From an uncultured Alphaproteobacteria bacterium (GTDB taxonomy: Bacteria > Pseudomonadota > Alphaproteobacteria > CAAHEQ01 > UBA3637): a stretch of 64,000 bases of DNA. A program made the position numbers and the translations under genes. Of the stretch, positions 47,681-57,647 are shown in pieces. Below the pieces are notes generated by a model. The model was not told the origin of the DNA, did no database searches, and saw only the letters and a list, made by a program, of their open reading frames with translations. The stretch's first letter is position 1, and the number at the start of each line of letters is the position of its first letter. The DNA lies in NCBI GenBank assembly GCA_944392785.1, contig CALXXW010000024.1, positions 9,744 to 73,743 of the forward strand. The letters are read 5' to 3'.

Positions 47681-47751
47681 CAAAAATTTTTCCGTTGAGA
47701 TTGATATTCATATAACAACGCAACAAATCAGAGCGCATATACGATGACTCT

Positions 47752-47789
47752 AAAAAAACTCAGAGCAAGCCCATGGGTTTGCTCTGAGT
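47752..47789 (-). terminator. intrinsic terminator for the minus-strand binding-protein/kinase operon (10-bp stem CTCAGAGCAA/TTGCTCTGAG, then U7 on the minus strand)
   Basis: Perfect stem-loop at 47758..47789, with an AAAAAAA run on the plus side (U-tract for the minus transcript). Confidence 0.75.
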
Positions 47790-47819
47790 TCAGCATCAAC
47801 AGGGGCTTTTCAAGAGCCC

Positions 47820-48830
47820 TTAATCCAATGTTTCTTGTTTCTGTAAATCCAAGGCTTCCTCTGGCGTTGCAGAATCCTCAGCAACCGAACCCTCAGGTGG
47901 GAATAACTCTTCCCGCAATGAAGGTTCATCCGCAAAACGCAATCCCCAATCATCGATATAGGCACGAACAGATTTATCCAATGTTTCTCGGGATAAATTA
48001 TTCTTTTCTATAGCCTCAGCAAACTGCTTTTTTAAGCGCACACAACTGGTCACAGAGGAAAAAACAAAAAATAACTCGGGCTCTAACGGTAAAAATTCCG
48101 CAACGGTAATTTCATGATTCATTTTAAAGCGACGCGCCTCAGCCTCCAAGGCATAAGGACTTGTCAACATATAATCGGCCTCTCCGGTCATCAGCATGGT
48201 GAAAGCCTTACGTGCACCGGAAACCTGTTGAATATTAACGCCCTCCGGCAATACTTGATATATCAGCGAATAAAGTCCTTCTTCTTGACGGGCTACACCT
48301 TTAAGGCCTTTCAGATCGTCAAAGCTGTTAACTTTCTTTTCCTTCCCTTTCATAAAAGCAACTATGACAGAGTTCTTAAAAAAGCTGGGGTATAAAATAG
48401 AAGTGCCGTCTCCTAACATACGTTTATCAAAATAGACGCCGGCAATGACATCGACTTGTCCTCGTTTCAAAGCTTTTAACGCAGCCGCATAAGATCGGAA
48501 TCCCACATTTTGGACACGATATCCCAACTCTTTGGCCAATTGTTCAAAAAGATGATATCCCAACCCGTCATTTTTATAGGCCGTCTTTTTATCTGATGAG
48601 ACTGTCGTATCAACGTCCACCCAACCAAAAGGGGGATTTGTCACAAACCCAGCCACACGAATCGGTGTATTGCATCCGCAATCTATTGTGCAGCGTTTCA
48701 CTTGTTTTTTGACAACGACTTCTTCTCCGACATAAGCACGGTTCGAGCGCGTTCCCGTCGTTTGAGCTGCAACCGGACACCCCACCAAATATACAGCCAA
48801 GAATCCTATCAACAAGATGTATTTCTTCAT
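47820..48830 (-). CDS. periplasmic solute-binding protein, family 3 (amino-acid-binding-like), co-operonic with a sensor kinase
   Basis: Lipoprotein-like signal (LVGCPVAA), an SBP_bac_3-like core, and a 4-nt overlap with the upstream histidine kinase gene. Confidence 0.65.
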   Translation of the reverse strand: MKKYILLIGFLAVYLVGCPVAAQTTGTRSNRAYVGEEVVVKKQVKRCTIDCGCNTPIRVAGFVTNPPFGWVDVDTTVSSDKKTAYKNDGLGYHLFEQLAKELGYRVQNVGFRSYAAALKALKRGQVDVIAGVYFDKRMLGDGTSILYPSFFKNSVIVAFMKGKEKKVNSFDDLKGLKGVARQEEGLYSLIYQVLPEGVNIQQVSGARKAFTMLMTGEADYMLTSPYALEAEARRFKMNHEITVAEFLPLEPELFFVFSSVTSCVRLKKQFAEAIEKNNLSRETLDKSVRAYIDDWGLRFADEPSLREELFPPEGSVAEDSATPEEALDLQKQETLD

Positions 48831-50908
48831 TTTTTTACTCCTTTTTTTACCGCCATGACACGATTTTTAGGGAATGTCACCGTAATCATCGTTCCTTGTC
48901 CTTCCTTACTTTTTAAAGAAACCGTCCCTTGATGCAATTCAACCAAGCGCTTAATCAGAACAAGCCCCAATCCCGTGCCTTTATGAGCTCGCGTTAAAAA
49001 ATTTTCGACCTGTGTAAAGGGCTGGAACAAAGTTTTTATTTTATCGGCCGGAATACCGATACCATCATCTGAACACGTCAAACGGAACCTTTTATCCGGC
49101 GTTAGCCCTAATGATACATGAATATGCCCTCCGACTTGTGTAAATTTGATTGCATTTGACAGCAGATTTAGACAGATTTGTTTCAAAGCACGCTCATCTG
49201 CCAGAATTCGAGCCGTTGCCGGCAATGTGGTTTTCAAGCTGATATGCCGCTCTGTTGCCCCCGGATAAGCTTGAACAACCTCCAACACATTTTCCAACAC
49301 CTCTTTGGGATTCAAAGGAGCAAAAGATAGTTTTTGATGACCGGATTCAATACTGGACAAATCTAAAATATCGTTGATTAAAGACAACAGCAGTTTTCCG
49401 CTTGAGTAAATATACTGAATATATTCCTCATATTGAGGGTTTTGTAAAGGGCCAAACGTTCCGGAAATCATCGCTTCAGAAAAACCTAAAATAGCATTCA
49501 ACGGTGTGCGTACTTCATGGCTCATATTGGCTAAGAACTCACTTTTAGCCTTATTGGCTGCTTCTGCCGCATCACGAGCCTCGACCAAATCGGCAATCAT
49601 ACCATTAAGCGCATCTGCCTGTTTTTGCATAACCTTTTTGTTGTCTTCCAACTCATGAATCTGTTCTCGTAAGCGCTCTTCGTATCGGCGCAAAGCGATA
49701 TGAGCCCGTCGACGCATACGAATAGCCGAGATATTTTCACAAATTTCGGAGAGCAGCTGTTGGAATCGGAAGATTAAACTATCTGTAAAGAACCCCTCCG
49801 TATAACCGTAAAGGCTGATAACGCCTTCGACTTCACCATCAATTAACAAAGGGAAAGCATATGTCGAAACAGGGCGCAAGCGCCGATGGCGCATAAAAGA
49901 TTTTCGATAGTACGGCATGTATGTAATGTCTTTGTATCCAATAGGACGGCGTGTCACGAAAGCGCGTATGGCAGCAACATCCGTTAAAGATTCATCCGTT
50001 AGATCTAATTCTTTGCGCACATTTGGGAATTGACGTTCGTCACCGACCACGAAAGCGACATGTAGTTTTTTATTGCGATATGACAAAAGAAATGCCGTTT
50101 TTAGACCATAGATACCTATCACTTCACTTAACATTTGTTGCAATAGCACGTTTTCATCATCTTCTTCATTAAATTCATGAAGCAATGTTAACACTCTAAA
50201 GACCGTCTGATAGTATTTTTCTAACTCAATGTTCCGAGTCTCGGCCGAAAAATTTTGAAAAATCCACGCAATCTCTTGTTTATTTTGAGGGTTCAAATAA
50301 AAAGCCGAAATTTGATACAAAACAGGAGCCCCGGTTATCGTCGTCAAGTTCACTTGATAAACAAACGTGTTTTTGCGTGTTAAACTCTGTACGGCTCGCT
50401 CAAACAACTTTTTAAATTCCTCCGGTCGACAAGCGACTTGTACCATACGACGGCCCACCAACTCTTTCACCGCGCAATTAACAAGCGGTGCTACTTTGGT
50501 ATTTGTATACACTATCCGCTGGCCATGTGTAATAAACACACCACCACAACCGTGACCAACAATCTCTTGAAATTTTGATAATTCCTCCTCTGTTGCCTGA
50601 TTTTCCGCCAGCAACTGATCTGTTGTCATTTTAAGCAAAATTTCCAAGTCATGTTTGCGGAAAAACCCCAATAACTTGACCAAAACGATTAAAACGATAC
50701 CGGCAAAGATCACGGTCGTATAGATAAAAAGCGTATAACTGAACGATTCAACCAAAAACTGTAAAAACAGGTTGTCCCATCCCAAGTAATTCAAGCTCCA
50801 AAAATAGCTGAAAAACACCGACATGCAAAACAAGATTGTAAAAATAAAAAAGGAAATAATCCAGTTTTTATAATATCGTAGATAATACCCAATCCCTAAA
50901 AAATGCAT
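48827..50908 (-). CDS. membrane sensor histidine kinase (PleC/DivJ-like HisKA + HATPase, N-terminal TM and PAS/GAF-like region)
   Basis: ANMSHEVRTPLNAILGFSEAM (H-box), N/G1/G2 boxes (LLSNAIKFT...DDGIGIP...GTGLGL), and several N-terminal TM helices. Confidence 0.85.
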   Translation of the reverse strand: MHFLGIGYYLRYYKNWIISFFIFTILFCMSVFFSYFWSLNYLGWDNLFLQFLVESFSYTLFIYTTVIFAGIVLIVLVKLLGFFRKHDLEILLKMTTDQLLAENQATEEELSKFQEIVGHGCGGVFITHGQRIVYTNTKVAPLVNCAVKELVGRRMVQVACRPEEFKKLFERAVQSLTRKNTFVYQVNLTTITGAPVLYQISAFYLNPQNKQEIAWIFQNFSAETRNIELEKYYQTVFRVLTLLHEFNEEDDENVLLQQMLSEVIGIYGLKTAFLLSYRNKKLHVAFVVGDERQFPNVRKELDLTDESLTDVAAIRAFVTRRPIGYKDITYMPYYRKSFMRHRRLRPVSTYAFPLLIDGEVEGVISLYGYTEGFFTDSLIFRFQQLLSEICENISAIRMRRRAHIALRRYEERLREQIHELEDNKKVMQKQADALNGMIADLVEARDAAEAANKAKSEFLANMSHEVRTPLNAILGFSEAMISGTFGPLQNPQYEEYIQYIYSSGKLLLSLINDILDLSSIESGHQKLSFAPLNPKEVLENVLEVVQAYPGATERHISLKTTLPATARILADERALKQICLNLLSNAIKFTQVGGHIHVSLGLTPDKRFRLTCSDDGIGIPADKIKTLFQPFTQVENFLTRAHKGTGLGLVLIKRLVELHQGTVSLKSKEGQGTMITVTFPKNRVMAVKKGVKK

Positions 50909-50979
50909 TTTTTTCTCCCTTTTCCGAAGACAGGATAACTCAATTTTTTTTAAAAAGACACAAAAAAATGCATTAGCTC

Positions 50980-51008
50980 TTGATTTTTTTTCCGATTTCC
51001 GCTATAAG
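50980..51008 (+). promoter_or_regulatory. sigma70-type promoter (TTGATT-17-TATAAG) ~200 nt upstream of tRNA-Ser
   Basis: -35 at 50980..50985, a 17-nt spacer, and -10 at 51003..51008. Confidence 0.4.
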
Positions 51009-51045
51009 AAGGTGTCTCATTCGAAAAGCCTCAGAAAAACCGATA

Positions 51046-51074
51046 TGGCAGAGTGGTCGAATGCGGCAGACTCG
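51046..51074 (+). repeat. 29-nt exact direct repeat of the D-arm/anticodon-stem 5' half of the downstream tRNA-Ser (pseudo-tRNA fragment in the tRNA leader)
   Basis: TGGCAGAGTGGTCGAATGCGGCAGACTCG at 51046..51074 is identical to 51215..51243 inside the tRNA-Ser. No acceptor stem or T-arm accompanies the upstream copy. Confidence 0.7.
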
Positions 51075-51207
51075 CTCTCGAGGTCCAACGGACCGAAGAT
51101 GAACGAAGGGCTTTATAGCCCGAAGGACAAATCTGGCGGTTTGCGGAAAAACGCAAACAAACAACAGATGAAAGAGTCTGACGCAACAATGGCTCTGAGC
51201 ATTCAAA

Positions 51208-51298
51208 GGAAAGGTGGCAGAGTGGTCGAATGCGGCAGACTCGAAATCTGTTGTACAACTTGTTTGTACCGAGGGTTCGAATCCCTCCCTTTCCGCCA
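51208..51298 (+). tRNA. tRNA-Ser (anticodon CGA) with long variable arm, CCA encoded
   Basis: Acceptor GGAAAGG/CCTTTCC, anticodon stem-loop GCAGA-CTCGAAA-TCTGT, variable arm TGTACAACTTGTTTGTACC, T-arm GAGGG-TTCGAAT-CCCTC, discriminator G, CCA. Confidence 0.9.
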
Positions 51299-51446
51299 AA
51301 AAACACCCCCTATTCTCTGGGGTTGGGGCCGTTTTCCCCCTCAGTATTTTCATTTTGATCAACTTTATTTCAACGGGTCTGTTTGTGTCAAAAAATCCGT
51401 TGCATTTTCTTTCATCCTTTTTCATCTTTGTAGATAAAAGATAAAC

Positions 51447-51475
51447 TTGACAAAATTATGGTTCCGTGCTAATAT
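51447..51475 (+). promoter_or_regulatory. near-consensus sigma70 promoter (TTGACA-17-TAATAT) for the downstream hypothetical gene
   Basis: -35 TTGACA at 51447..51452, a 17-nt spacer, and -10 TAATAT at 51470..51475. The tracked ORF's GTG start lies inside this promoter, so the true start is downstream. Confidence 0.55.
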
Positions 51476-51513
51476 ATAAACTATACCGACATAAAAGCAT
51501 TCAGGAGAAACAC

Positions 51514-52374
51514 TTGGCTCACGTTTTAAATCCCTTTTCATATTTCAACGATAACTTTGAAATGGATGATATTAAAATCATCTATTGGCCACATACATTG
51601 GATGAAATGCCTCGCATTCACGAATCTTCTTTTGACTATTATGCATCCATTTCTGCCGATGTTTCCGACTACATTGAAAAGGACTGGGCGGCACAGTGTG
51701 CCAAAAAACCGCTTGAAAATGAACCGCTTGTTTCCGTTAAAGGCATCCATCTGGAAGACGGAACTCTACACGTTGTACCGGTTGATTATAAGGCATGGAA
51801 AACAACGGGTAAGAAAGATTTCTATCAACAATACGGTAAGCATGATATTCCTAATCCTCTTAATGTCCAAATGCTGGTTGAAACGAAAGATGAGCACTTA
51901 ATTTTAGGTCCGCGTCCCGGAAAGAATGTCTTACAAGTTCCCGGTGGCATGCTCCAAGGAGAAGCCGATCGGACGCTCGGTCACATTGATATTAAAAAAG
52001 CGGACATCCGTGAATTTCATGAAGAGATTGCCCCTTTGCCGGTATCTCAAGTATCCTTTTTAGGAACATCATTTTATGCGGGACGCGTTTTGTCAACGCT
52101 CTATCTGATGGGACAAATTGGCTTAAATGCCGATGAAGTGGCAAGCTGGCGTCAAGAACATAAACAGGACATAAAAAACTTTAAGGATATGCCTGAAATT
52201 TGTACCATTCCGGCAACACCTGAAAGAATCAGTGATACCCTAAAAAATCAAAAGCTGCAAGAAACAGCCATGATTGTCCTTTTATTATTCGGTCGCAAAT
52301 ACTTTGGACATCACTGGCTTCGTCGGAATATCAACATGAAAGTGCTAGCTGATCACCTTCAAAACGGTCGTTAA
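51514..52374 (+). CDS. hypothetical protein with a degenerate Nudix-like box (start proposed at TTG 6 nt after the AGGAG SD)
   Basis: GPRPGKNVLQVPGGMLQGE...ADIREFHEEIAPL resembles Gx5E...REUxEExGU but carries an ~8-aa insertion. No other motif recognised. Confidence 0.45.
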   Translation: MAHVLNPFSYFNDNFEMDDIKIIYWPHTLDEMPRIHESSFDYYASISADVSDYIEKDWAAQCAKKPLENEPLVSVKGIHLEDGTLHVVPVDYKAWKTTGKKDFYQQYGKHDIPNPLNVQMLVETKDEHLILGPRPGKNVLQVPGGMLQGEADRTLGHIDIKKADIREFHEEIAPLPVSQVSFLGTSFYAGRVLSTLYLMGQIGLNADEVASWRQEHKQDIKNFKDMPEICTIPATPERISDTLKNQKLQETAMIVLLLFGRKYFGHHWLRRNINMKVLADHLQNGR

Positions 52375-52495
52375 CAAAATAACCATCTGTATCCCTCAAG
52401 TATCCGGGCGACATTTTTCAACCCCCGCCACTATGACGGGGGGTTGAGTTAAGGTCTTTTGATGATTGACGGGTCCGGAAAAATCCCCTGATTTT

Positions 52496-53449
52496 TTAAT
52501 CCCTCCAAAGCGCAGCGGCTTCCTGAACAGAAACCATATCCCCAACATTGACAAGTTTTGCCTCCGGACTCAAGCGTTTCATCAAACCGGTTATCACTTT
52601 TCCGTTGCCGCATTCAACAAACGTATCAAAGCCCGCCTCTGCCATTCGGTGAGCAGATTCCGTCCAACGAACAGAGCCAACAACTTGTTCCACCAAACGC
52701 TTTTTAATGATATCCGGATTTGTCTCAAATGAGGCCGATACATTTGATACAACCGGAATCGAGGGAACTTCAAACGGTGTCTCGGCCAAGATTCGATTCA
52801 TTTCGTCGGCAGCACTTTGCATATAAGGACTATGGAAAGCACCGGCTACCTGCAATTTTAAAGCACGTTTGGCACCGGCTTCCGTTGCTAATTGCATGGC
52901 CCGTTCAACGGCTTTTTCTTCTCCACTGATAACAATCTGTCCCACGCAGTTATCATTTGCCACAACCACACGAGCCTCTGGTGTGGATGCTTTTTGGACC
53001 AAATCCTGCACCTGCTCGATTGATAATCCCAAAAGAGCGGCCATCGTTCCGGGCACAGATTGAGCGGCACGCGCCATAGCCTGACCTCGGGCACGCAACA
53101 GCCTCGCCGCTTCACCGATGGAAAAAACACCGGCCGCACATAATGCCGTATATTCTCCCAAAGAATGCCCGGCCACAGCCGACGCCAGTTGAGCCACTGT
53201 TTGACCTGTCTCGGCTTCCAGAGCGCGAACAGCAGCCATACCGACCGTCATAATGGCCGGCTGCGCATTCTCGGTGCGTGTCAACTCAGCCATATCTCCT
53301 TCAAACATTAACGTACTTAACGCAAAACCTAAGGCATCATCCACCTCTTCAAATACCTGGTGAGCGGCCGTGGATTTTTCGTATAAATCTTGTCCCATTC
53401 CAATAGTTTGAGAGCCCTGTCCCGGAAATAAAAAAGCTGTTTTCATCAT
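52496..53449 (-). CDS. fabD: malonyl-CoA:ACP transacylase
   Basis: FLFPGQGSQTIGMG, active-site GHSLGEY, and QPAIMTVGMAAVRAL. Start taken at Met50/51 of the tracked ORF. Confidence 0.9.
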   Translation of the reverse strand: MMKTAFLFPGQGSQTIGMGQDLYEKSTAAHQVFEEVDDALGFALSTLMFEGDMAELTRTENAQPAIMTVGMAAVRALEAETGQTVAQLASAVAGHSLGEYTALCAAGVFSIGEAARLLRARGQAMARAAQSVPGTMAALLGLSIEQVQDLVQKASTPEARVVVANDNCVGQIVISGEEKAVERAMQLATEAGAKRALKLQVAGAFHSPYMQSAADEMNRILAETPFEVPSIPVVSNVSASFETNPDIIKKRLVEQVVGSVRWTESAHRMAEAGFDTFVECGNGKVITGLMKRLSPEAKLVNVGDMVSVQEAAALWRD

Positions 53450-53523
53450 AATCCTTTCACATAATAGATGAGTTATTTTTGAGCTCTTATTATAACGTTT
53501 TTTTCTAAAAAAGAAAGGGCTTT

Positions 53524-54054
53524 TTATGACACTTTTTTGATAGACGGGAGTCCTTGTATCAAATCGCCGACCTGAACCCGATGACGTGTACACCAACCAC
53601 CATTGACCTCCATAACGCCGGCGACAACGCCGGTTGAAAAGATCAAATCCTCACTCAACGGTTGCGCCATTGAGTAAATCTGAACAATCCGCCCATCTGA
53701 TTGATAGAAAATTAAATCCAACGGAATCAAGGTATTTTTCATCCAAAAAGCAACCGTTCTAGGGATAGCATTTGGGAAAATCATCCCCTGATTTTCTGGC
53801 AATGTTGGCACAAACATCAATCCTCGCGCCTGTTGTGTCCTGGTTTCGGCGACAAAAGCTGTCAATCCGATAACACGCTTATCCGCTGTTTGCACTGTCA
53901 CAGACACCTGTTTGGGAAACAAAGAAACCCAATCGGTTGACAATTCTGGCGGATATGATTTTTTTTGAGAAAATCCCCCCCACAGCCCAGTCAGGACAAG
54001 ACAAATCCCCAAGCCAATCAGCCACAGAGCGCCCTTTCCCGAAACAGATTTCAT
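53524..54054 (-). CDS. DUF192 family protein (secreted/periplasmic)
   Basis: TM/signal then the DUF192 core (MKNTLIPLDLIFYQSDGRIVQI). The ATG overlaps the murJ stop as ATGA. Confidence 0.6.
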   Translation of the reverse strand: MKSVSGKGALWLIGLGICLVLTGLWGGFSQKKSYPPELSTDWVSLFPKQVSVTVQTADKRVIGLTAFVAETRTQQARGLMFVPTLPENQGMIFPNAIPRTVAFWMKNTLIPLDLIFYQSDGRIVQIYSMAQPLSEDLIFSTGVVAGVMEVNGGWCTRHRVQVGDLIQGLPSIKKVS

Positions 54055-55631
54055 TTTTGCCTCATCAAGCGTTTGAGTTGAGTGCGCGGAATACCTCCGG
54101 ATACCCACAGAATACCGAAGAACAACACAACGGATAGACCGATTAAACATACCAGTGCCGTCAAAGAAAGCACGCTTATCCCGTGTTGCCAGTTTAATCC
54201 TGTCGCATTTAAAGCCGTTTTTCCACTCCACAAGACACCGCCCATCACGACCGAAGCTAAAAGAATCCTTGGGAAACGATAGAAAAACAGTTTATCCAAC
54301 CGAAAATCACCTCGACGCGCCAACCGGACCATATATTGGGCCGCGTTAATCCAAACCGTAATGCCCGTTGCCAGAGCAATACCAACATACCCCCAAAATG
54401 GCATGAATGACAAAGCTAATATAGCATTTAATATAACTCCTACGATGGCAATTTTCACCGGCGTTGTTGTATCTCCGCGCGCATAGAAAAAGGGAGATAG
54501 CGCTTTTGTCATCATATATGCCGGCAACCCCATGGCAAAAACCATCAAAGCACGCGATGTATTGAGTGTGTCTACTGCCGTAAAAGCGCCTCTTTCAAAT
54601 AAAATACCGATAATAGGATACGCTAACAACATCAACCCAATCATGGACGAAAGCGACAAAGCCAAAGACAGCTCCAACCCTCGATTTAATTGCTCATTAG
54701 CCTCTTTCAGTTCCCCGGCTTTAATATGTTTTGATAGGATAGGCAGCAACGCCGTACCTATAGCAACGCCGATAATCCCGATAGGCAACTGAAACAAATG
54801 ATGCGCATAGTTCAACCATGAAATAGCCCCTGCCCCAACGAATGAGACAAAAAGTGTATCAAAAAATAAATTGATCTGATAAACCCCCGATCCCAATACA
54901 CCAGGCGCCATTTTTTTCAACAATGTTTTGACCCCGCGGTTCATGTGGCCGACCGCTTTAAGGGGAGGCAGCAATCCGAACACCAATCCGGCCCGACGAA
55001 TATGCCACAGCAAGAATAGAAATTCAATAATACCGGCGGCCAGAACACCTATCGCCAACGCATACGCCGGCGCAAAATCCGAGTGTAAATATGGTGTCAG
55101 GAATAACAACGCCATAATCATGGATAAATTTAAAATGGTCGGGGTAAAAGCCGCGGCCCAAAATTTTCCCAAAGAGTTCAGCATGCCCGACAATAAAGAC
55201 ACCAATGAAACACACATCAAAAAAGGAAAGGTGATTCGACTTAAAGCGGTTGTCAGCACTAATTTACCGGCTATTTTTTCGAAACCCGGCGCCAACAGGA
55301 ACATCAAAGCGGGCATCAATATCTCCATGACCAGAGTAAATGCCAATAGGACATAAAATAAAAAACTGAACGCGGCTCGAGCAAAAACCAGAGCATGTTT
55401 TCGCCCTTTTGTATGATACTCTCCGGCAAACAACGGGACAAAAGCCACGTTTAATGTCCCTTCGGCGAACAAGCTGCGAAAGAGGTTGGGAAAGCGCAGC
55501 GCCACGAAAAAAGCATCGGCCATCATACTGGCGCCCAAAAAACGAGCAATTAAAATATCGCGGACAAACCCGACCACACGACTGATAGCGGTACAACCAC
55601 CGACCGTAGCTATAGACTTCAATAATGACAT
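54051..55631 (-). CDS. murJ: lipid II flippase MurJ (MviN)
   Basis: N-terminal VGFVRDILIARFLGASMMADAFFVALRFPNLFRSLFAEG, and 14 predicted TM helices. Confidence 0.9.
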   Translation of the reverse strand: MSLLKSIATVGGCTAISRVVGFVRDILIARFLGASMMADAFFVALRFPNLFRSLFAEGTLNVAFVPLFAGEYHTKGRKHALVFARAAFSFLFYVLLAFTLVMEILMPALMFLLAPGFEKIAGKLVLTTALSRITFPFLMCVSLVSLLSGMLNSLGKFWAAAFTPTILNLSMIMALLFLTPYLHSDFAPAYALAIGVLAAGIIEFLFLLWHIRRAGLVFGLLPPLKAVGHMNRGVKTLLKKMAPGVLGSGVYQINLFFDTLFVSFVGAGAISWLNYAHHLFQLPIGIIGVAIGTALLPILSKHIKAGELKEANEQLNRGLELSLALSLSSMIGLMLLAYPIIGILFERGAFTAVDTLNTSRALMVFAMGLPAYMMTKALSPFFYARGDTTTPVKIAIVGVILNAILALSFMPFWGYVGIALATGITVWINAAQYMVRLARRGDFRLDKLFFYRFPRILLASVVMGGVLWSGKTALNATGLNWQHGISVLSLTALVCLIGLSVVLFFGILWVSGGIPRTQLKRLMRQK

Positions 55632-55772
55632 ACCTAGGTTATACTCGAAAAAAGATAAAAGAACAACGAAAATCGACAGAGTTTCTTTAAAAAAGAATCT
55701 TAGCGCGGGGCATCACGGCGTGGCGGTTATGCATTTCAGGTGTCTACCGTTTTTAAACCGACAACATGATAC

Positions 55773-56261
55773 TTAAATATTCTCCTCACGATAACGCACC
55801 ACCATGGGACGAAATTCCGCGACAACACTCTCATAGACGGCACGCTTAAAAGGAATGACCAAGGCCGCGATGGTATCAATATCTTTCCATTCATAACCAA
55901 CAAATTCCTGATACACACCATTTTCAAGACAAATATCCGCCTCTGAGCCCGTCAAAAGAAATAAAAACCACTTTTGTCTCTGGCCTTTAATTGTCCGTCG
56001 CGGAAACAGTTCCGGCGGTAAATCATATTTTCGCCACTTTTTGGCAACGGCAATCAATTTAACCGAATGGGGTGTTAAGCCTGTCTCTTCACGCAGTTCG
56101 CGCCAGACGGCTTCCGTCGGATTTTCACCGGCGTCTATACCCCCTTGAGGCATCTGTAATCGATAGGGTGAATTGGATGGGTTAGACCGAATACCCATCC
56201 AAACTTGTCCTTTGTCATTGATCAGCATAATACCGACATTTTGACGATATCCTCTACTCAC
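55773..56261 (-). CDS. rppH: RNA pyrophosphohydrolase (Nudix)
   Basis: YRQNVGIMLIN, and the Nudix box GGIDAGENPTEAVWRELREETGL. Confidence 0.9.
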   Translation of the reverse strand: MSRGYRQNVGIMLINDKGQVWMGIRSNPSNSPYRLQMPQGGIDAGENPTEAVWRELREETGLTPHSVKLIAVAKKWRKYDLPPELFPRRTIKGQRQKWFLFLLTGSEADICLENGVYQEFVGYEWKDIDTIAALVIPFKRAVYESVVAEFRPMVVRYREENI

Positions 56262-56275
56262 ACCCGGATCCTTTC

Positions 56276-57622
56276 CTATTTTTGATGATAAACCGCAATC
56301 CCTCTCAAGATATCCATGGCTCGATCCAGCTGATAATCCGTTTTATCTTCCTCGTCCGTTAAATCATCATTAGCCGGCTTTGCTTTTTTCTGATCCGCTT
56401 TTTTATCCGATTTTTTAACTTTTTTCTCTTTTTTGACGGGATCCGTATCATGCGCTTTTTTCCCGACCTCTGAAGATAAAGCCTTATCCAAATTGTTTTC
56501 ACCATAGCCCTCTATGACCGGTAATTCCTCAATTTTGGCACGAGGCACCCGTACGTCCGGTTCGATACCTTTTGCCTGGATTGAACGCCCGGAAGGCGTA
56601 TAATACCGAGCCGTCGTAATCTTGATTCCTCCGAACCCGGGGATTTGGCGCACGGTTTGAACGGACCCTTTGCCGAAAGATTTTAATCCAACCAAAACGG
56701 CACGCCGATGATCTTGTAGCGCACCGGCCACAATTTCCGAAGCCGAGGCAGACCCTTCATTGATTAACACGACCAAGGGTGCTCCGTCCGTTAAATCATC
56801 CGGTTTTGCCGAAAAGCGCATTGTATCCTCCGGTTGCCGCGAACGAGTTGACACAATCTCCCCTTCCGTCAGAAAAGTATCACTGACCCCAACTGCCTGT
56901 TCCAACAAGCCACCGGGATTATTCCGCACATCCAGAATAAATCCCAATAATTTATCTTTACCGATTTCTTTGGTTAATGTCTTGATAGCTTCATGCAACA
57001 TCTCTGTCGTACGCTCACTGAACGAGATGATTCGTAAATACCCGATATCCCCTTTTGCTTCATATTTGACGGGAATAACTTTAATGATAGCCCGTGTAAT
57101 TTCGACATCAAATGGTTCTTTATCTTTTCGGGAAATGGTAAGAGTCACCTTTGTTTTGGGTTTTCCGCGCATTTTTTTAACGGCTTCGTTTAAAGACAAC
57201 CCCGAAACAGATACCCCATCGATATGGGTAATATAGTCTCCTGTTTCCAGTCCGGCTTTATACGCCGGCGTATCATCAATCGGGGACAAAACGCGCACAA
57301 ATCCCTTATCGGAAGTCACCTCCAATCCCAGGCCGCCGAACTCGCCTTTTGTCTGAGTCTCCATTTCCTCAAATGTTTCCGCATCCAAAAAGCCCGAATG
57401 AGGATCCAACGAAGAAAGCATGCCATCAATCGCTTTTTCAACCAATTTACGATCATCCGTTTCCTCAACATAATCATTTTTGATCGTCGTAAAAGCCGCA
57501 CCGAACAATTCCATCAACATATAGGGATCCTCGGTGTTTTTAGACACATCTTCCGTCACCGGAGCTGCCCATACACTGTGAGATATTAATAAAATCATTA
57601 AACCCAAAAATTTCAAACGCAT
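56276..57622 (-). CDS. ctpA: carboxy-terminal processing protease (S41, PDZ-containing)
   Basis: PDZ domain, catalytic Ser in GSASASEIVAGALQD, and a Lys-rich C-terminal tail. Confidence 0.9.
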   Translation of the reverse strand: MRLKFLGLMILLISHSVWAAPVTEDVSKNTEDPYMLMELFGAAFTTIKNDYVEETDDRKLVEKAIDGMLSSLDPHSGFLDAETFEEMETQTKGEFGGLGLEVTSDKGFVRVLSPIDDTPAYKAGLETGDYITHIDGVSVSGLSLNEAVKKMRGKPKTKVTLTISRKDKEPFDVEITRAIIKVIPVKYEAKGDIGYLRIISFSERTTEMLHEAIKTLTKEIGKDKLLGFILDVRNNPGGLLEQAVGVSDTFLTEGEIVSTRSRQPEDTMRFSAKPDDLTDGAPLVVLINEGSASASEIVAGALQDHRRAVLVGLKSFGKGSVQTVRQIPGFGGIKITTARYYTPSGRSIQAKGIEPDVRVPRAKIEELPVIEGYGENNLDKALSSEVGKKAHDTDPVKKEKKVKKSDKKADQKKAKPANDDLTDEEDKTDYQLDRAMDILRGIAVYHQK

Positions 57623-57647
57623 CTTTTTCCCTTTCCTACATCATCAA

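Noticed and set aside
51040-51200. Second tRNA gene or tRNA with a group I intron upstream of tRNA-Ser
   Set aside because: The upstream copy matches only 29 nt of the tRNA (D-arm to anticodon-stem 5' side). It has no acceptor stem, no T-arm and no 3' end, and the intervening 140 nt show no group I intron core (P, Q, R, S) elements that I can recognise.
52417-52447. Stem-loop TCAACCCCC...GGGGGTTGA between the Nudix-like gene and fabD as a terminator
   Set aside because: The 9-bp GC-rich stem is not followed by a U-tract on either strand (plus: GTTAAGGTCTTTT after 8 nt; minus: AAAAATG). It may still act as a Rho-dependent pause or a weak terminator, but not confidently enough to list.
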